A stretch of DNA of 14,269 nt from an uncultured Deinococcales bacterium (GTDB taxonomy: Bacteria; Deinococcota; Deinococci; Deinococcales; JAAFIG01), in NCBI GenBank assembly GCA_964244895.1, contig CAXTKV010000140.1, forward strand, positions 1 through 14,269, read 5' to 3'. Below are positions 7,143-14,269 of this stretch, piece by piece. The translations under genes were made by a program, and so were the position numbers. The notes beneath the pieces were generated by a model that was not told where the DNA came from, did no database searches, and saw only the letters and a program-made list of their open reading frames with translations. Numbering within the stretch: the stretch's first letter is position 1; each line of letters starts with the position of its first letter.

Positions 7143-7972
7143 TCTTCTGAACGCCCGAAAAGCTCGCGTAACTGATCGAGATGATCTTCCGCGACCTTGA
7201 CGCCCGCCGCGATCGTGTCCTTGGACTTGTGAAACCCGAACAGGTTGATGTCCGGCATGCTCGGCTCGAGCACCAGGTCGGGTTTGAACAACGCCAGGCG
7301 CACGTCGCTGATGCGGGTCTGCATGATCTCGACCGCGCGGTACATGGCGCGCATGCCGGTCAGGTCGCGGTCGCGGCCCATCCAGTGATCCCACCAGCTG
7401 CGAGATTCGCGCGGCGAGACATCCAGTTGCGCCAGCGCCGTGACATCCACCGCGACCGTGATGGTCGCGCCCAGGAAACGGGTGGCGTCGGCTGGAACCT
7501 GGTTCGTGATGCCGCCATCGGCCAGCAGTTGATCGCCGACCCAGATGGGATCGATCGCGCCCGGAAAGGCGATGGTGCAGTGCAGCGCCTGGTACAGATC
7601 GCCCTCGGAGATGTAGACCAGCTTGCCGTTGACCAGGTTGGTGGCGGTCACGCAAAAAGGTTTTTGAAGCCCGCTGAAATCGGGCGGCAGGTGCTTCTTG
7701 AGGATCTTCTCGAGTTCGAGGAAGCGCAACATGTCCTTCAACGGGTTGATGTCCAGCAGCCTGTAGAGCTGCACGTCGCCCACCACGGCTTCGACCTGTT
7801 TCGAGTCCAATCCTGCCGCGATGAACGCGCCGACCAGACCGCCCATGCTGGTGCCCGCGATCACGTCCGGGTGCAAGCCCTCGCGCTCCAGGACGCGCAT
7901 CACGCCGATGTGTGCGTAACCCCGCGCACCGCCGCCACCGAGAGCCAGACCGAGTCTCGTGCGATTCGCCAT
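7115..7972 (-). CDS. Patatin-like phospholipase (NTE/RssA family); start revised to ATG 7972
   Basis: LALGGGGARGYAHIG oxyanion motif, GTSMG nucleophile elbow and DGG catalytic Asp. A TAACCT -10-like hexamer lies 7 nt before the ATG. Confidence 0.92.
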   Translation of the reverse strand: MANRTRLGLALGGGGARGYAHIGVMRVLEREGLHPDVIAGTSMGGLVGAFIAAGLDSKQVEAVVGDVQLYRLLDINPLKDMLRFLELEKILKKHLPPDFSGLQKPFCVTATNLVNGKLVYISEGDLYQALHCTIAFPGAIDPIWVGDQLLADGGITNQVPADATRFLGATITVAVDVTALAQLDVSPRESRSWWDHWMGRDRDLTGMRAMYRAVEIMQTRISDVRLALFKPDLVLEPSMPDINLFGFHKSKDTIAAGVKVAEDHLDQLRELFGRSEEEHRPARYS

Positions 7973-8049
7973 GCGAATCAGGTTACGCGAAAACTGGTTC
8001 CGAAGGCTCGAGGTGCCCCGCAGATCAGTCAAGTCTCATGACCCCAGGG

Positions 8050-8367
8050 TCAATGAACCCTCGAGATTCTGTCCCGGTATTCCTCGGGCACCAGATCCGC
8101 GAAATCCTGATGCCTGCGAATGTAAGCCGCCACGAACGGGCACATCGGCGCGACCTTCAGGTTGCGCGCCCGCGCGTCACGAAGCGCGAATTCGATCAGC
8201 GCGCTGCCGATGCCCTGCCCCTCGAGCGATTCGGGCACTTCGGTGTGCGTGAAGATCATCACCGAGTTGCTGAGCATGTACTGCGCCACCGCGATCTGAG
8301 CGCCCACGTGCGCCTCGAAGCGGTGCTGGTCGGGGTTGTCACGAATTTCCAAGGCTGGTTGGCTCAC
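8050..8367 (-). CDS. YjdJ-like small GNAT acetyltransferase (105 aa)
   Basis: C-terminal part of ORF 8050..8826: HRFE..FTHTEVPESLEGQGIGSALIEFAL..KVAPMCPFVAAYIRRH. The GTG at 8367 overlaps the upstream TGA (GTGA) and has a GGAGGA RBS. Confidence 0.9.
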   Translation of the reverse strand: MSQPALEIRDNPDQHRFEAHVGAQIAVAQYMLSNSVMIFTHTEVPESLEGQGIGSALIEFALRDARARNLKVAPMCPFVAAYIRRHQDFADLVPEEYRDRISRVH

Positions 8368-8801
8368 GATTCCTCCGGCACCGGATTGCGGTGCGTGTTG
8401 TCGCAGAAGGGCGCGTTCATTGAACGACCGCACCCGCACAGGCTCGCTCGCGTCTCGCGCACCGCACCGCTCGGCGTCGCGATGACCAGGTCGCCGCGCA
8501 GATAGATCGGGCCGTCCGGGTCCAGGCGAACGCTGGTGGGCGCGTCCGGGATTTCGTTGCCGTCCGGACGCGCGTACTGCAGCGCGCCGCTCGGGCATCT
8601 GCGAATCACGTCCGCGACGGTTTGCGCGCTCGCGAGATCGGGCTGCACCCACGGGCGTCTGCTGACATCGAAAACCTCCGGCAGGCCGCGCACGCACTCG
8701 GCGGCGTGAATGCAGCGCCGCGCGTCGAACGTCACTTCGATGCTCGGGGCGCGGTAGGTCTTGATGGGTCTGGATTCGTTTTGTTCGGGTGCGTCGCTCA
8801 A
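8364..8801 (-). CDS. YjdI-like divergent 4Fe-4S protein fused to a CDGSH-type Fe-S domain
   Basis: CIHAAECVRGLPEVFD..RPW..P..CPSGAL, then GPIYLRG and LCGCGRSMNAPFCDNTH. TTG start at 8801 with GGAGG 6 nt upstream. Confidence 0.88.
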   Translation of the reverse strand: MSDAPEQNESRPIKTYRAPSIEVTFDARRCIHAAECVRGLPEVFDVSRRPWVQPDLASAQTVADVIRRCPSGALQYARPDGNEIPDAPTSVRLDPDGPIYLRGDLVIATPSGAVRETRASLCGCGRSMNAPFCDNTHRNPVPEES

Positions 8802-8885
8802 GGAAAGCCTCCGTTCCAAAAACCACCGATGGTTCCCAGCCTAATTGTCCGGTTCCTTCTGGAAGGTGTCAGCGCCGACAAGCGA

Positions 8886-8911
8886 AACACCCCTCGAATC
8901 TCGAGGGGCGC
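8886..8911 (-). terminator. Probable intrinsic terminator of clpB
   Basis: Minus-strand hairpin GCG-CCCCTCGA GAT TCGAGGGG-TGT followed by TTCGCTT, about 30 nt after the clpB stop. Confidence 0.6.
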
Positions 8912-8941
8912 TCCGCAGCAGGAAGGGGAGAGGAGGTCGTG

Positions 8942-11506
<2,565 letters not shown>

Positions 11507-11576
11507 GGTGAACCTCCGTGATGGTGGAAATGCTCGAGACACGGGTTTCCGTGCGGCTCGAGGTTCAGTCCTAAAT

Positions 11577-11605
11577 ATCATAAGACTTGAGTGTAGTCGT
11601 GTCAA
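11577..11605 (-). promoter_or_regulatory. sigma70-type promoter of clpB
   Basis: TTGACA (11605-11600), 17 bp spacer, TATGAT (11582-11577) on the minus strand. Confidence 0.85.
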
Positions 11606-11606
11606 G
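11586..11606. promoter_or_regulatory. HAIR (HspR-associated inverted repeat) operator
   Basis: CTTGAGT-gtagtcg-TGTCAAG versus consensus CTTGAGT-N7-ACTCAAG (12/14). It overlaps the clpB -35 box and spacer. Confidence 0.8.
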
Positions 11607-11657
11607 TTAAATTATCTCACCGATTGAGCTTCGGCTGCTTCCGGGCCGAATGGTCTC

Positions 11658-11710
11658 GCGCGCTGGACGGCGTTCCCAAACGCACAAGATTGCGTTCTGG
11701 ACGGTGTTCT
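11658..11710. repeat. Two direct arms of the dispersed palindromic element upstream of clpB
   Basis: GCGCGCTGGACGGCGTTC (11658-11675) and GCGTTCTGGACGGTGTTCT (11692-11710). Confidence 0.7.
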
Positions 11711-11769
11711 CTGGATACTCGAGCCATGAGAAAACCCTCATCGGGCTCAGGCTAGCGTGAAGGCACGCC

Positions 11770-12276
11770 ATGCTCGACGACGACACGAAAGCCAAAATCC
11801 GCGCAGAGGAGGAAACAAAGGCCGCGCAACGCGCCGCCCTCGAGAGTGAGGCCGAAAAAACGCGCCTGGAACGCGAGTACCGGGCGCGCATCGCCGCAGA
11901 ACTGAAAGGCAAACGTGTCAGAAGAAACAGGTTCGTCTGGGTCGGCGGTCTCGCCCTGATCGGTGCGGTCATCGCTGGCGCGATTCTGCTGCGATCCTAT
12001 AGCCCGAAACTCGAGCCGGACGACGGTTTCGGCGGCATCCGCACCTCGGATTTGATCGAGCGCTGCAAAACCGACGTGCGCGGCAGGCTCGGCGACGGAC
12101 AGGCCGAATTCCCAGGTGACGCCGAAGCCCGCGACCAGATCAGCGCCTCGAGCGACGGCAAACGCTGGGATGGCTGGGCGATCTGCCCGAACCTGCCCGG
12201 ACGCCCTCGGGTCGAATTCTCGTGCAGCTACACGCCTTTGTCGGACACCACCGAAATCGAAATCATCAAGCCGTGA
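11770..12276 (+). CDS. Hypothetical single-pass membrane protein
   Basis: Charged coiled-coil-like N-terminus, one TM segment (FVWVGGLALIGAVIAGAILL) and a Cys-containing C-terminal domain. GC3-rich codon usage. Confidence 0.8.
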   Translation: MLDDDTKAKIRAEEETKAAQRAALESEAEKTRLEREYRARIAAELKGKRVRRNRFVWVGGLALIGAVIAGAILLRSYSPKLEPDDGFGGIRTSDLIERCKTDVRGRLGDGQAEFPGDAEARDQISASSDGKRWDGWAICPNLPGRPRVEFSCSYTPLSDTTEIEIIKP

Positions 12277-12300
12277 TGCGGCAAGCCCGAGAGGAATCCC

Positions 12301-12861
12301 ATGAAACGAACCGTCCTGGCCGCACTCGCGCTCTCAACGTTGCTCGCCGCCGCCACCGCGCAGACCTCGAGCGCACCCGCCCGCGCGCCCGTGGTCAGCG
12401 TGCCCGTGCCGCGCGACAAGATCAACCTGATCTGCAAAGACGATTATTTCAAGGTCGAACGATTGAACTTCTTCTTGCAGGACGAGAACTACGCCCAATG
12501 CACCCTGCGCGTGCCGCTGGCGCTCAAGGAACGCTGGCCCGGACGCCGCACCTTCTACGTCATCCCTCGCGTCAGCGCATCCTTGTTCGCGGGCGAGGGC
12601 GAGAAAGGCCGCTGGGTGCCGCTGACGCCGCTCGCCAATCCGGGCGGCGACCCGTTCCACCGCGCGCTCGATTCAAAGGAGTACAAGGCCGTGGAACTCG
12701 AGGGGCGCATCGGCAAGTTGACCGAACGCGCCGGGGAACTGCTGCCGAACACGGTCAGCGCGGGCGGCAAGATCACGGTCTGCGCCGCGCCCGTGTACCG
12801 AGGTGAAAGCCCCTGCACGACCTTCGATATCGCCGCGCGCTTCAAGGTCTACAAGCGCTGA
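12301..12861 (+). CDS. Hypothetical secreted protein
   Basis: Sec signal peptide MKRTVLAALALSTLLAAATA, GAGAGGA RBS and four Cys. Confidence 0.85.
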   Translation: MKRTVLAALALSTLLAAATAQTSSAPARAPVVSVPVPRDKINLICKDDYFKVERLNFFLQDENYAQCTLRVPLALKERWPGRRTFYVIPRVSASLFAGEGEKGRWVPLTPLANPGGDPFHRALDSKEYKAVELEGRIGKLTERAGELLPNTVSAGGKITVCAAPVYRGESPCTTFDIAARFKVYKR

Positions 12862-12955
12862 CTCGAGAACACCGCTCTCGCTCGCAAAATAGCACCTAAC
12901 GGGCTACTCGCGCTCAGGGACGCACGCTCGAGCACACCGCACTGGATGGTGCTCT
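12862..12955. repeat. Degenerate element copy upstream of the SIMPL gene
   Basis: CTCGAGAACACCG at 12862. 12918-12955 matches 13867-13904 at 34/38 nt. Confidence 0.75.
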
Positions 12956-13058
12956 GGCTTGTTCGGGCCAGACGCGCGACCGCGAAGCTTTAAGGTTTTG
13001 ACGCGACCTCGAGCCACGCCGTACACCCGTCTCGCACCGAAAGAGGAGCGTACCAACC

Positions 13059-13853
13059 GTGAACAGAGTCTTCCCGCAGGTGTTCTGGAGCGTCGTCGTC
13101 GTGGGTCTCACGCTGATTGCGCTCGCGCTGATCGGCATCGGCGGCGTGCAACGCCTGCGCGTCAGAACCTACACCATCGGCGTGACCGGCAGCGCCGTCA
13201 AGACCATCCGCAGCGACCTGGCCGTCTGGAGTTTCAGCGTGTCCTACACCGGTTACGACGAGTACAAATCGCTCTACCGGAAGCTCAAACCCGTACCGCA
13301 GGCGGTCGAAGGCTTTCTCAAAGCCCAGGGTCTCGACGGGGACGAAGTTCAGGTCGGCGCATCGCAGGTGATTCAGGAAGTCGAAAGCAAGGAAGTGGAC
13401 TGCAAACCCCAGGAGGACGGCTGCTACACCGTCGTCAAGGACAAGATCGCGCTGCGCTACAAGACCGTCTCGAGGCTTCGCTACACGGTCTCCAGGTCGT
13501 TCACCGTCGAGAGCGCCAAGGTGGATCGCGTCACCAAAGCCTCCAACGCGGTCGATGCGCTGTTCGACCAGAACATCGTCGTGGCGGGCAGCGAACTCAA
13601 ACTGATCTACACCAAACTGGCGGAACTGCGCCTGGAACTCGTCAAGGCCGCCTCGGAGGACGCCTTCAAACGCGCCGAATTGATCGCGCAACCCGTCGGC
13701 AAGCGCATCACGATGATCGAGGACGGTCGGTTGGGCGTGTTCCAGATCAACGCCAAGAACGATCCCTCCATCAGCGATGTCGGCAACTTCGACACGACAT
13801 CGTTGGAAAAAGACGTGCGAGCCATCGTCAACGCGACCTACCGGATCGAGTGA
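13059..13853 (+). CDS. SIMPL/DUF541-domain protein
   Basis: N-terminal TM anchor, TIGVTGSAVK.I.SDLAVW, AFKRAELIA, GVFQI and DTTSLEKDVRAIVNATYRIE. GAGGAG RBS. Confidence 0.85.
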   Translation: MNRVFPQVFWSVVVVGLTLIALALIGIGGVQRLRVRTYTIGVTGSAVKTIRSDLAVWSFSVSYTGYDEYKSLYRKLKPVPQAVEGFLKAQGLDGDEVQVGASQVIQEVESKEVDCKPQEDGCYTVVKDKIALRYKTVSRLRYTVSRSFTVESAKVDRVTKASNAVDALFDQNIVVAGSELKLIYTKLAELRLELVKAASEDAFKRAELIAQPVGKRITMIEDGRLGVFQINAKNDPSISDVGNFDTTSLEKDVRAIVNATYRIE

Positions 13854-13857
13854 AAAA

Positions 13858-13913
13858 CACCGTCCAGGACGTACGCTCGAGAACACCGTACTGGACGGTG
13901 CTCTCGAGCGTAC
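13858..13913. repeat. Compound element copy between the SIMPL gene and moaC
   Basis: CACCGTCCAGGACG / CGTACTGGACGGTG (13858-13900), overlapping GTACGCTCGAGAACACCGT / ACGGTGCTCTCGAGCGTAC (13871-13913). Each pair has 1 mismatch. Confidence 0.85.
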
Positions 13914-13934
13914 TGCTCGGGCTAGACTGAAGCC

Positions 13935-14269
13935 ATGAACGAGCTGACGCACTTCAAGGACGGCGCACCGCACATGGTGGACGTGTCCGACAAGATCCCC
14001 ACCAAGCGCGAGGCGACCGCCGAAGCCTTGGTCAAACTGCCCAAAGAAGCCCAGGACGCCCTCGAGCGCGGCGGCGTCGGCAAGGGCGACCCGTTGACGG
14101 TGGCGCAACTGGCCGGAATCATGGCGGCCAAGAAAACCTCCGAGTTGATCCCGTTGTGCCACCCGATCCCGCTTTCCAGCGTGGACGTGAGCCTCGAGCG
14201 GGTTTTGGGCGGCGTTCGGATCGTTTCACAGGCACGCACGACGGACAGAACGGGTGTCGAGATGGAAGC
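13935..14269 (+). CDS. moaC: Cyclic pyranopterin monophosphate synthase MoaC (5' part; runs off the window; not in the ORF track)
   Basis: Manual translation: MNELTHFKDGAPHMVDVSDK..KGDPLTVAQLAGIMAAKKTSELIPLCHPIPL..TGVEME. Confidence 0.95.
   Translation, partial: MNELTHFKDGAPHMVDVSDKIPTKREATAEALVKLPKEAQDALERGGVGKGDPLTVAQLAGIMAAKKTSELIPLCHPIPLSSVDVSLERVLGGVRIVSQARTTDRTGVEME

Noticed and set aside
6813..7200. Small ORFs in the rsmF-patatin gap
   Set aside because: They run through stacked palindromic repeats and have no RBS or protein-like features.
8368..8826. 258-aa ORF suggesting a long GNAT fusion or frameshift
   Set aside because: The upstream part is an alternate frame of the Fe-S gene. 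The GNAT has its own RBS and GTG at 8367.
11507..11605. 33-aa N-terminal extension of ClpB in the ORF track
   Set aside because: Its TTG is the -35 box. The true start with an SD is at 11506.
11658..13913. Integron cassette array (attC-like palindromes between short genes)
   Set aside because: No RYYYAAC/GTTRRRY ends and no integrase. The same repeats occur inside core genes.
12990..14162. 390-aa minus-strand ORF
   Set aside because: Antisense to the SIMPL gene and moaC, both of which have clear family motifs.

Overview
GC-rich chromosomal housekeeping window, probably Deinococcota. This is inferred from the HAIR operator on clpB, several leaderless-style starts and the gene content. Minus strand: mreB - SpoIVB/S55-domain protein - lpxD - lpxC; clpB (consensus sigma70 promoter overlapped by an HspR HAIR operator); a YjdI/CDGSH Fe-S protein coupled to a YjdJ-like GNAT; and a patatin. 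Plus strand: an RsmF-type rRNA m5C methyltransferase, two hypothetical envelope proteins, a SIMPL protein and a partial moaC. The genes are ordinary, but the DNA architecture is not. (1) The palindrome CTCGAG occurs about 64 times by manual count, against about 5 expected, and anchors in-frame tandem duplications in lpxD and the S55 gene. (2) A ~40-50 bp palindromic repeat (ACCGTCCAGCACG..CGTGCTGGACGGT) occurs at about 8 loci, often abuts CTCGAG, lies in frame inside genes and overlaps stop codons. (3) The rsmF-patatin gap holds a nested stack of palindromes including a GTAG-REP doublet. (4) The clpB 5' UTR has an anti-SD pairing that suggests an RNA thermometer.
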